Source: Neodothiora populina (Eukaryota). From it: a stretch of 64,000 bases of DNA. The position numbers and the translations under genes were made by a program. The notes beneath the pieces were generated by a model. The model did no database searches. It saw nothing but the letters and a program-made list of their open reading frames with translations, and was not told the origin of the DNA. This document shows positions 1 through 12,553 of the stretch, piece by piece. The stretch is taken from NCBI RefSeq assembly GCF_041146345.1, contig NW_027191413.1:2790001-2854000 (forward strand). The letters are read 5' to 3'. How positions within the stretch are numbered: position 1 is the stretch's first letter; every line of letters begins with the position of its first letter.

Positions 1-1507
1 ACGATGATGAGACGCATCAACAAGCTGTAAGCTGCGGGATCACGCATGCAGATGACCGGCATTGCGACATGCATGGTCACCGGCAATCAAAGCCATAACG
101 AAGAGGGGTCGTGTACCTGTAGTTGGTCGGACTCAAGTCCGTATAGTAAGCAGGTTCCCGTCGGAGACAGTACCACAGCCAATATGATTTGAAGGTCGTA
201 TTAAGTGAGACGCATCTGGCCGTGGGCTTCAGGCATATTCGCATCACCAGGTGCCTTGATAACCGCCGCAGGAATGGAACTGCTGTCATGCACTGTTTTT
301 AAACAGCGGATTAATCGATCTGTCAATTTCACACAATATCAACGTTAGCCTCTGTTGCGCCTCAAGATCGAATCTGGAGGAGAAGTCCAGACCACTCGTA
401 TCGGCAGGCTGGGGCTGTCCAGGAGGTGGACCCGGGTGCCTGTACGAGAGCCCCAATTTTGTGCTATTAGGCTATTCGGTCCTAATCGTACGTGATCCTT
501 CGATGTGTACCTAGCAATAAGAGCTGATCGGCTGGGTAGGCTAGCAGAGCCGCGTGCGCTGAAGCATGCAACTGCTTGCATCACTTAGCGACGCTCCAAT
601 TCCATACTACTGGCACTGTGAATGGGTCGCTCAGCACAGCACACGAAAACGTTTGCAACCTGTGATCGCGCTGAACTGTACCGTCGCCACGTACGCTCAG
701 GTCTGCTGGGATCACGATGTACGCTCGACATGAAACGATGGTCGGTCGATGCTCATCCTCCTCTCATAGCCTGCGCCTGCGCTCGATCAGGACACGAGTT
801 TGTGCCAATAATACTGATGCAACATCCGCAGGTTTGCCAATTACCTCTGACTGACACCATCGGACCGCATGCATGGTGCCTTGACCGCCTACTTTATGAT
901 AGTCTATGGTCAACAAGTACTTGGCACCTTCAATACAGGCCCGAATACATTAGAAACAAAGAGACCTTGACAGAACAAACGTTCTCCGGGCTAAGAGTGC
1001 GGGCAGGTTGACATACCATTCCGTTGGAGGCCACAGGCCTACCGACATGAATCTTTGCACATTCGCAACACAAAGTCGGGACACAAATGCTCTGGTGGCA
1101 CCGACTCCGACGGAGCTGCTTCTAGTAATTGGATTGCAGCAGCTTCATGGAGTGAGCGCCAAGGACTTGCAGTTACACCTGGCCAGGTCTGCATCTTCCA
1201 AATGATTCGCTTCCGTAAGAAGTGTTACTGAGCAGTGCGACAGCCTTTTTCTTTGCGAGAATAGTGCTGCATGCATACATCACGATAAGTGGTCAGCATT
1301 CTTCAGCTCTAGGATGGTGCCCTCTCTGGCCCGCTTTCCTGGCGTAGTGGAAGGAAAGAGAGATCTGAAGGCGAGAGTCCTGTCTCTATTGCGCCCCGAG
1401 CTGGCCTGTGATTGAGTTCAATGAATCTAGGCATGGGTAAGCATCGTGAGTCTGCGCAGCTTGGCGTGCATCGCCGAGTCTCGGCAGTATTGGAAACTGG
1501 GGTCATA

Positions 1508-1540
1508 GTGGTGGTAGTGGTCGTCGTCGTCGTCGTCGTT
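1508..1540. repeat. GTN trinucleotide microsatellite, (GTC)6 core
   Basis: gtggtggtagtg(gtc)6gtt read directly; it produces the poly-Val of spurious ORF 1412..1762. Confidence 0.85.
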
Positions 1541-3209
1541 CTCGCCGAGCTTGCAGGTACGTGTCGTGCCCTTGACTCGGAGCTATCTCGTGAGCGAGCA
1601 GGCGTTCGCTGTTACAACTCAGGTATGCTACGCTATCAAAGTAGTAACATGTGGAACCTCCAGAAAAGGTGTCCTCGATGCGACCCGGCTAGATGGGGCT
1701 TGCTTTGCGACGACCTGGATATCTGGGACATTGCTCGCCGAGCTGGCTCCACACAATGGTAGGATCTCAACGGCGACAATGCTAGAGACAATATTGTACT
1801 TGCAATAAGGGACGATGCCCTAAAACAGCGGCATTTTGCCAGGCGACGGAAGAGCCTAGCCTTGTGTACAAGTTTCTTGTTCGTTACACTTCCGGTACGT
1901 GAAGCACCCGGCAAGGGGAAGGTAGCGCCGGGGCTACTGCCATCTGCTCGCACTTATGAAAGCCTAACCTTGTCTACAACGTATAATTTGAATTTATGCT
2001 CGTCATGATCCGACTACGTTGAGAAGCAACGTGCGATGACGGTACCCTCGAGGCGGGGGACTGTAATATGCGGATGGAGGTACTTTTTCCTCGTGAAAGC
2101 CATCACTTGCCTATATCGAGTAGGGCATATAGTACCTAAGGTACCTTACTCAAGTGATCACCACAGATAGCCCACCTTTATGACATGTATATCACCTTGA
2201 ACAGAGTAACAAACAACTGAGTAAGCACGGACCTTATCTCAGGAACCTATGATCCCACGTTTCATCTCGCAATTGTTTTCTGCTCGTGCTTGGTGCCGGC
2301 CAGCTTATACGTTTAGCTTTTCGGCTGCGTCGGAGGCGAGACGGGTGCTTACTAGCCTGTCACAAGATGAGCGCCTGTGAACCAAGAACGTATGTCCGCA
2401 CTTCTCAGCGGGTGGTGGTTCGTCCGTCGCTCCACCACCCCCACGCCTGACACGAACAAAGTGCTACTTGTGCGGTTTTGCGTTACGGTACGATGCCGGG
2501 CGGGTAAGTTTAAGTGCGAGTACGCAGGTACATGGCTGTGATGTCCAGAAAGCTTAGCCTGCCCACTATTTCCACGTCCGCTCTTGGCCCGTTAGGAGGC
2601 CGTTGTCGAGGTCCCACTCCGCGCAAAGTCGTACAGTCCTACGCAAGGAACATAGCATTGAGAAAACTTGTGAACTCTAAATCACAAGCGACCGATCGCC
2701 AGGGCAGATTGTCTCTAGGCATTGGTACGGCAAGGTTCGAAATGAAATCATTGGCGCGGTAATGGGACACATCTTGCATTCGGCTGGAGGTAAGTGCTAC
2801 TGGTAATCAAACTATGACTCGCCCAAAGATACTCTTGGCATATCTCCGGCCAGAGGTGACACGCAGCGGCAAAGCGTTCACACCAACTAATAACTTTATT
2901 AGATAGTACTCTCGTTTGCGAAGTGTGCTGTAACTATGTGAACGTTCGTTCAATGCCTGCTTCCTGCCCGCCGAAGCTTTATTGGAGCGCCGTACGCTCG
3001 GTAACTTGTCGCATGTGATGATTTCAATTTCATTCTCTGAGAGCTTTTCTTGAAAAGGATATCGCATGCGCCGGCGGCCCGGCTGGCAAAGCAATTCAAC
3101 GGCAGAGTCCGTGTACAACCTGCCTAAAAATACAATGTATAGATGCTTTGTGGCAAGTGCTATAACCTTCCAATGCTAGTCGTAATATGGTTCGTTCCGT
3201 CGTCTATCA

Positions 3210-6092
3210 TTACCGTCCTTCGGTAAGGGCCTCGGAAAATATTGCAGACGAGACCCCGTACATGACGTCTTGCTCAAGGGGAGGAGCTTTGTCCATGGGC
3301 TCCTGGGTCCTCCAACATCTTCGGGTTTGTCCTCTACCCGCTCGGATGTCCAATTCCGATGGCCAAGACTCGATTTGCGTCAAACGCTTCTCGGCTTTCT
3401 TGACTAAGATCCAAGTGCTCACACAGTGTTGTGAGAGATCACGTAGCACCTCAATCGCAATCGAAAGCACTTGTTGTGTGGTAACGATCTCTTCTCGCAA
3501 GCCGCCCGCACCCAAGGTGTCGATAGCAAAGGACATTGCTTGTGCTATGAAGGGTGACATTAGATCGGTTGTTCGAATACCAATATTGGAGGCGGATGCG
3601 ATAAGTATCGTGACGTCGCATAGCAGCGCTAGTAGTTGTAGTGCGTGAGAATGTGCGGCGCATATGCTGCGCGCAACAACATCCATCGGAAGGAGCTCGT
3701 GCCTAATCATACGCGACAGTTTCAGTTGAGAGAAGAGGTATAGCGTGTGCATTGCCAAAAAGTCTCCCGCATAGCCGCGATGAATAGCCTGATCCAACTC
3801 TTCGCGGCTATACTTGAAGTGTTGCGGCAAGGTCTGCTGCCAATCGTAGAGGCGCCTCTGCATAGTTTCCTGGAAGGATTCAAATTTTGTTCGATAAGTC
3901 GACCGAGGGAGATGAATCGAACGATGCAAGAATTGCATCACGTCTTTCCACAAAGTGCTTGCGGTGATGACATAGGCTGTGGCGCTATGTGCGTCTGTGG
4001 TCGAGGATCCGATGTCTTGAAGTAAAGAAGCTGATGAGGGTGAGCCGTCTTCGTAAACCTGCTCCGCACAAGGCAAGCGAGTCTGCACGTCATCCTCATT
4101 GATGGTGTTCATTTGACGCCTCGGGGAGGTGTTGTATCGCTGGCAAAAATCAGTACATGGGCCAGGGTTTTTTAAAGGTGGCAAAACTTACATCCACGAG
4201 AAAGGCAGCCCAGAACGTACGTCGCCGGCTCTCTCGTAGTTGCTCGCGAGTGAAGCTGAACACTCGTCTGCTTTGCTCGTCGAGATTTTCCCCACAGCCA
4301 TCTTCAGTGTTGAGCCTCATCGCAGCGACGACGCAAAGCGCAGCACCTGTATAATCCAACGAGATGGAGCCTTTTCCCTGCAGATGGTAATACGCACCCA
4401 AGAGCAGCCGTGATTGAATCAGGGCCAGGCTAAATCGTCCGTATGAGCTCGCGACCGCCTGGGTTGCTCTGTCGACGCACATCTTGCTGAATGATGAGAA
4501 ACGACCGTTGCTAAAGGCTGACCCTACAGCTAGTACAGAATAGAGCACCATGCACTCGCTCTGATACCTGGAATCACAGTTCCTCACCCAGCGTCTAAAG
4601 GCATGTCGAGGGAAGATAATGCGAGTCTCGCGAGCAACTTGTGCGAAGAACAGATCCAAGAAGAGCATCGTCCCTTCAGGCTCGAATTGGTAAGGATCTT
4701 CCGACTGAGGTAGGCTGTCCAGCGTGTCCCTATAGACCTTTGAAGGTGCCCATTCGAGATCTTCTGTTGTACCACGCTTGCTATCTTTCCGATCATTAGG
4801 CTGTTTGAGTAAGATTGGAGACGTGTCGCCAGATAATCGTCGTTTCTGTCCCATGCTAGGAGAATCGTCGCCTGTTGAGGTCTGATCCAATGCAATCTCT
4901 TGTTGAGCCGCGTGAGCGGAGCGTCTTCGTTTGGGCGCCGGTGCATCCGAGGGCTGCTTGGTTCGCGGGGAGGTCTGGTATTTCCAATCGTCACGCTCTG
5001 GTGATGTGTTGAATGATGTGCTGGCGGACAGATCCGCTTGTGTCTGGGCTGCTGAGGGCCTGGCACATGTTAAGGAGATGCCAGTCTCATGTTGGCTGGA
5101 CCAATACGTACTTTAAACACTCTCGCTTCGCCTTCTCACACTGCAGACAGCTACTCTCCCCAGGCTCGCACCTTATCTTCTTCTCGCGGCAATTTCTGCT
5201 CAAATTAGCAAAAGTGGCGTATGAGTCCGATGCTCGATCTTGAAACTCACAGACAAGCCTGTGCGAGTCGCTTCCGAGCCTTGCCCGCCTTCGTGGTGCC
5301 CCACAATGGATTGACAGGTTCGCCGTCGATGATGGTCGGACAAGTCGTCCCATCCTTGAACACATAACACAACCCTTCGCCAGGGATATCTCGTTGGCCG
5401 ACGATCTGCAAGCTGAATAGGCCGGCTGGTCCACCAAGTTTACCAGGGAACACGGAGCTTGTTCTACGTTCTCCTAGGTGGCCATCATGGGGGTTCCCTG
5501 TTATTGTCGAGTAGTAAGAAGATGAAGGTGCAAAGTACTCTCCGACTTGAGGCATGCTCTCTAGGCCGTTGCGTGCAACCGGGCTGGACAGTCCAGATCG
5601 TCTCAGGGGTAGTGCTGGCATCGTCTGAGGTGGTTGGCCACCGGAAAGCAGATGCACACTAGATCTGCTGTAGGGATCCTCCACGAGCTTTTCTGGTAGA
5701 TGCCTATTCATCGGACCTAGGGATGAGGGGGACCCATTAGGTAGACCTTGGCCAAGGGATGGGAGAACCCTGTCGTGCCATATCTGGGTGCTGCTGTTAC
5801 GTAGCCAGGAGCCCACACTGGGTGCACGATCTTCATCTCGAATGGAAGGAGTCAGTAACTCTTGAACTCCAGGCAGCTGTTGTTTTGGCGGACCATGCGT
5901 AGCATCAGTATACGATCCCCTTGGGCTCAGTCCTGCTCCTGGTTCGACTGGACGTGGTGGAGGCTCGCGTTGTAACACTATAGGCCAATGACTATCTGTT
6001 TGTGCAACTGGTCCAGGTGGATCTCGTTGCTGCCAATGAGAGAATGGTTTCGACTGTGCGAAGACTTTGTGTTCATCTCTCACAGAAGTCAT
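3210..6092 (-). CDS. Zn(II)2Cys6 fungal transcription factor with fungal-specific TF middle homology region (~907 aa, 4 exons)
   Basis: Exons 6092-5251, 5195-5112, 5059-4192, 4139-3210 join in frame through GT..AG introns. The spliced cluster ACLNCREKKIRCEPGESSCLQCEKAKREC fits C-x2-C-x6-C-x6-C-x2-C-x6-C. The motif RRRTFWAAFLVDRY lies downstream. Confidence 0.9.
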
Positions 6093-9000
6093 TCTCAAGT
6101 TTGAGTATAAGGAATGACTATGCAACAGAACATAAGACAGGGGGGGGGGCGGCGGGCGGTGGATTAGATATTGCTGTTCCTGGATTGAAAGGTTATAAGG
6201 CGGAAAGTAATTCAGGAATGTGAAAGTCTTTGGGCACAAAAAGGTTTAGGACCGTCCCGTTCATTAACAGTCTTGACATAAGCCCTAAATGCAACAGGAT
6301 ATGAGCTTCATGGAACGACGCCACAGGGACACATCGGTGCATCAAGGTTCAAGGGTTGAGAACCGAGAAGCGGTATGTAAACGTCCGAGTGTGGATGTGG
6401 GCAGCCTTCGGTACGTGGAAAAATAAGTTTCCTCTAGTAATACGTGCCGTGCAGTTTGGACAGATTGCACCTGTTGGCAAGCATCTCGAAGAACAGTGGG
6501 GAAGCTCAACGATGTGACGATACTCGGTTTGATATCTTGGGTGCGATCTTAGTAGACACCAATCGAAGGCTAACGATTTAGCAGGCGGATTCTTGAACCT
6601 GCCGCTTCCCACGCCTGCCGAGAGGAGATCTGCGAGAATGAACACTATTCCCAGTAACTAAAGTCTGCAGATCGGCAAACGTATGGGCTGGGAGTACTTC
6701 TCTCAAAGGTTTCCACTTGGAGGAGAGGTACTGTATCTGGTCGCCAGTAGACGAGGAGCCGCGCCGGGGCACCCGAGGAGCCCAATGCGCTGCCGTTGTC
6801 AGACGATGTACAAGTGTCGTAGTACCTCCATAGCGAGGATCATGTAGAACGAACACATGCGGGAATGCTTCGGGCGCGATGGATCGTAGTTCAGTCATGG
6901 CGCTTGTCTCTCCGCAATGTGGACCGCACGTTTTACTTCATCACGTACACCCTAATTTGCCGTGCACTCAAATAGGCACGTACCTTACTATAAGCAAGGA
7001 ACGTTCGGGCCAACCGAGACTTTTTAGCCTATGTCCACCATAGACGGCAATCCATCATAAAGTGTATCGGAGCTACAACCAACATCGTCTCGAGAACCCA
7101 GGTGATCATGGTGATTCGGCGATGTCATAGGACACAAAGAAGCTCGACTTGGTTGGCTGAAGCCGGGCCCGGAGCGTGGGTCCGTAAGGACTTTGCTTAA
7201 ACACATCTTGCAGGACAATGGCCTCCCAGCAATATCTATCTCAGCTGACGGCCGCATGGTCCGAGCGAGTCTTACATGTACTGCAAATGCGATTGCGCAC
7301 AGGATCAATCTATTAAGCTCGGCCTAGCGTGCCACGGCCCCGGGACTTTGCTATAGTCTCGAGACGGGCCGGTGTCATCATTGTGTTCGATTTCCAGGCC
7401 AAAATGTGCGAGCATTCTAGGCGCCTCAAACCCCTTGAGGACAACGTACAGCAAGCCGCATAACGCCGCAAGTTTTCATCTAAGCTGCTACGGGGCCTGT
7501 TGTAACACGCTTTTGTGGCGTAGGGTTACTCGCAGCGAATGAAAGATATTATGCGTAAAGTTTAGATGATGACTGTGATGATCTATCCACTACCCTGTGA
7601 TGATCCTGCCAGCAGGGCAAGTGACAACGCCGTTTGATCCTTCACTGAATCAGTGCTGTGTCGCGTCCGCAGGTGCACTTAGTCGCAGACTCTGAGCGAA
7701 AGGCCCAGGAACCTGGATAAACTACTAACAGCGTTGACGGAGCTCGGGCTGACACACCACACAGCAGCAATGCTAGGCCACTGTTGAACGTTCCTTGGCA
7801 CTGGAAGACCACCGGTTCTTCTCGGTCATTGCCATCCCTCCTAGCCATCCCCAGAGGCTGGTAAGTTAGATAAAGTGAAGGGACCTCTCATGCAGCAAGC
7901 GACTGAAAAGACCGTCTGCGCCTTTCTCTCGGAGGATGGTAAGCGGATATATGCAGCCGATCCTCACTCACTTCTTACTCGAATTTGTAGTCTCAGAATC
8001 GAGTACGGATCATGACGAGATTGATTTCGAGATAATCAATTGTCGAAGAAATCTGCTAAGCGACGTGCGATTGCGGAGTGCGTTGAAGCCAAAACTTTGC
8101 ACGAGATCCTAGAAATCTTTGTCCTATTGCTGCCTCTCTCAGCTCAAGCTCTCGGACCGACTTAGCCCACATCGAGAATGCTCACAAGTCTTTCACCAGA
8201 ATGAAAATGTGGAAGTTACCATGCCTTGGGACCACTGAAAACGTTCACACAGGCAATTGTGACAAATAAGACATGGCGAATCTCATTGGCTGGCTGTGAC
8301 GCTCCACGACCGGTTGAGAAACACCTCTGCGCAGAATGATGTTTCTATGCGGATACTGATTACGGACAGTGCATGCGAGAACCTACACCTTGGCAAATAT
8401 GGCAGTTACATTTATAGCCGTACAAGCGAAAGCCCCTACAGTTTCTGTCTCGTGTTATCGTCAACAGGACGTGCTTGAGGTCTGGACACAAACGTCTTGT
8501 CAGGCACTTACGGGACCTACAAATGCCCTGAATTGTTGCTAGAATATGGCGTCTACAAGCGAGCAATGCCGATGACTTCGGTAAGAGACTCCGAACCTTC
8601 GTGTGCTGGCGCGCCTCGAAGTGACGCCACAAATATCTATTGTCAATGCTCAGTTCCGGGGCACCATCACGGTGAGTATGTGCAACGTGACAAGCTCCGA
8701 GTAGTCTTGTCCTCTGGTTGTTTGAGCGTGCCTGGTGCTCGAGACGGATGTTCTTAGCATATGCGGCTTACTTCTTGGCCTGAGTTCCTATGATGTAAGT
8801 ATACCAGATGCACCGGCATCAGCCGTCAACAAGCAGGCAAGAAATCCTCCCGCTGATTGACTTGCACAAAAACTGGATCTCTCGTCGACGCTGCCTGCAC
8901 TGCATAATGGTTGCAGTCTCGAAGCGAACAAGTAGCGTGCTGTCATTGAGCATACGCAAAGCTGCGCTACAGTGTCGGACACCCACTGTCCAGAGTAATT

Positions 9001-11537
9001 GCATCCACGATGACTATACGCCCATCTGAAATGATGCATCCTGCCGACGCATGCGATGCGCGGTCTAGAGTCTGGATACGCACCGCAATGTCACCTTCCC
9101 GTAGGCCCTTAGTCGTGTAAGGCTAGACATAAGTAGCTGAGGTAAGGTACCTTCCTACCTCGACTGGCATGGCACGTTGGCTCCCTGCTTGCCTTACCAT
9201 GGAACGAAGGACACCTTTAATTGAGGTGTTCTCCAGACAGCGGGAGTGCGGGGCGTCCCGGTGATATTGGGACCCTATTTGGCATTGGTCTGAGTCAGGA
9301 CTGATATATCCACCCATGTTATCTCAAACGACCATGAAGTCCAGGCGTTCACTTAGCTCGAACCCAGTGGGTTCAACTTATCGGATCGGGGGATGCATCT
9401 GCGGGCATTAGCGACGGCTTCACTTTGGACCATATGGTGCGCAAACAACTTGCTCAATGACAGGCACTAAGGGATCTAATCGAGAGCGACTTATGTGTAA
9501 TTGGCGAGGCAAGTATCATATGTACAGTGCACTAGGGCGCCCAAGACTAGTGCGTAGATGAGTTAGTGATTTAAACGCATCTCTGGAATCAACAACGATC
9601 GGGCTTTTGCAATTGGTGTAGAGCAATGAGAGCAGAGTGGGCGCTAGAACGCCTATATCCAGGACTTGAGGCTCAGAAAGGAAGAGAAAAATCATCTAAT
9701 CAGTGCGGAGTTAGTGCCTCGTGACGAGGATGTGCATTGTGCAACGCAACAGTCGCAGACGTTAGTCTCCACATACTGTACACTGCACTTCCTATAGCAT
9801 CGATGCCATGACTAATGACAGGGTCAAGCCTCGATCCGAACGGCGTGTGACGGCAATGAATGATCTGTTGGTATGACCATCATGTAAGGACAGCAGCATG
9901 GCCATTTTTCTGTGACTTGTCCCACTCTGACTCGTCCATGTCCTCAAAGTGGCCGTGTCACTTGCCGGCGGTCTGTTGTTAATCAATGATTTTTCGGTCA
10001 GTCAGAAGTCCCGCGAATTGCACTTGCATGTCGTGGTATAGAGTTTGGCGACTGGTTTTAGCCGTGAGAAAGAGATAACCCCCACGCTCACCTCGCAATC
10101 AGCTAAACATATGCATTAGAGATGTTTCGATTGAGTTCGTGAGGTGGGGGTAAGCCGCGCGCACAAGAGCTTGCATTCATTTCTCTCTTACTTACACAGC
10201 CTGGTAAGATATGGCAAGATGTGCCTCGGGTAGTGGAGGTGGTCACCTTTGATTCAGCACTCTCGTCAACTCAAACCCTGCGATCTCGAGGAAATCGGAA
10301 ACATGTGCTGGGACCGTGTTTGTCAAGCGTCATCATGTGCGTTAGATGAAACATGCAGACGAAAACCTCCATGGGAAAAAGGGGGGGGGGCATCATTGCA
10401 GCGGACGATGATCGGAAAAATGGCAATTTGTACGATACAGGTATGTTCAAATCTGGCATGGCAAGAGGTTTCTCGGCATACCGTAAGTTATGATCGACGT
10501 CCAAATCCGCTCAAGCTTTCCTCGCTTCGATTTGCTATATTCACGGAAGGTGCAATTGACGTGCATCAGACTAGACGTCGTGAAGCATCGTCCGTGGCTG
10601 GTAGTAAGGATCTTGTACACCGGACGCCCGAAAATGTCGATCGCTTGCTCAGATTGTTTGCTTCAACGAGACAAGATTTGGGGGGGGGGGGGGCGTGGAC
10701 TTGACGTCCACAACACGAAGGGCAAGCAGAGCAGGAAGGAGAGCACCGAGACACGCAATAATGGTAAAGTATACTACAGTAGTTATGTAGCCCTGATATG
10801 AAACGCACTTTTCTACGGTTGAAAGATTTCATGCGCGATTAACGACGGGCCTGGATATTCCTTCGCGGAACCTGCATAGAGCTACCTGGCGGCGTGCCGA
10901 AGAACTCGACACAGTGCTAGATAAAGTCACCGATGCTTCATATCTGATGATCCGAGCAGTGATCTGGCAGATTCCTGGACTAAAAGAGAAAAGAGAAGAA
11001 GCTGGCTTTCGGAAGTGCAAAGTTTTGTATGGAGGAGCGAGTCGTCCGAAAGAGGTCAAGCGGCATATTTCTTGGTATGATTTGCGACGCCTCACGTTCT
11101 CCGTTCCTCTCCAGGTGTCTACCCTACTGCCGCAAAGACAAAAAGAACCAAGACCAGATGCCGAAAGTCAACCATGATGCGACGGCGACGGACGTCGTCT
11201 AACATCCCTCAAGATCTTCCGGTATATAGCTCCCTGTCGCCGGAACCTTATGGAGCTGGAATGAGTTTCCGTCCCTGAAACCGAAATGCTGTTGCACTGT
11301 ACCGTGTACAAGTACCGTCTCTATCCCCGGCAAATATTCGGGTGAATGTGACCAACCAAGGCAAGAGCTGACAATGCTGAGGCGGTGATTGGCTGCAAGC
11401 ATAGCCGCGGCTACAGCCGAATGTCGACTGCGTCTCCGACTCTCTCCATCATTGTCATGGTATAACCACTTGGCTGGCTGTGAGATTGAAGCAATTCAAG
11501 TAACGTCAATTGATATACCCCATCCCCAAACATCAAG

Positions 11538-12201
11538 ATGCTCGCTCAAAGAATTGCCCAGCAGTCGCTGCGTCGGCGTAAGTGATCCTGGACGACGACC
11601 GCACTCATCCGTGCTGATTGATGGATGCTGACCTTTCGAGTAGTCGCAGTCGCCCGCCAGCCCGCCCTTGTCTCGACTGGCATCATCAACCAGAAGAGGT
11701 ACGAAAGGACTCACAGAAGGAATCAAAAAAAGAAGAAAATACTCATTCGTCCACGACAGACTTGCCGCCACCCAGCACATGCCCGAGGACGAGGCCTCGC
11801 GACAGATCCTCGCCAAACAACGCCTCCACCGCCCCGTCGCTCCCCATCTCACCATCTACAAACCCCAGATCACCTGGATATTGTCGTCTCTGAACCGTAT
11901 CACCGGCATCACCCTCTCAGCACCTCTCTACCTCTTCAGTCTGGCCTACCTCGCCGCTCCCGCCTTCGGCTGGCACCTCGAGAGCGCCAGCATCGCCGCC
12001 GCCTTTGGCGCATGGCCCGTTGCCGCAAAGTTCCTCACCAAGTTCATCATTGCCATGCCCTTTACTTTCCACAGCTTCAACGGCCTGAGGCATTTGGCTT
12101 GGGACGTCACTGTTGGCATTACCAACAAGCAGGTCCAGATCACAGGATGGTCCGTCGTCGCCCTCACCACCCTCTCCAGCGCCTTGTTGGCCTTCTTGTA
12201 G
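11538..12201 (+). CDS. SDH3: Succinate dehydrogenase cytochrome b560 subunit (complex II)
   Basis: Exons 11538-11577, 11644(or 11650)-11698, 11760-12201. Mitochondrial presequence MLAQRIAQQSLRR; motifs QRLHRPVAPHLTIYKPQ, SSLNRITG and FHSFNGLRHLAWD. Confidence 0.95.
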
Positions 12202-12553
12202 ATTGCGCTGTTGCAAGAACTGGCGGAGCCGTCGGATGCAGAGGGGCTGGCGAAACTGTATACCTTTTTTTCCTTTTCCTTTTCGGTACATACACTAGGT
12301 TCTGGAGTATAAGAGCATGAGAGCAGCATGCCGAGAATTGACGTTACTGAACCTTTTCACCTGTGGTGATCTCTGAATTGTAGTCTCTGTGACGCTCACC
12401 CTCAGCACCATCATCATGCCATAAGCGTACATATGCCCATCGATGGACACGAAAGATGCAAATTCCAACACACAACGGGCTGCGATCATCGGTCCAAGAT
12501 TTGTTATCTATTGATCTTCGATCCCACGAGCCCTATCAACAACGCTACTGGGT

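Noticed and set aside
1..3200. Many 60-130 aa ORFs at the window start
   Set aside because: No motifs, codon bias or coherent exon chain; treated as intergenic.
7566..7648. Repeated TGATGA boxes plus CTGA as a C/D snoRNA
   Set aside because: rRNA complementarity is only ~9 nt and there is no convincing D'/C' arrangement or terminal stem.
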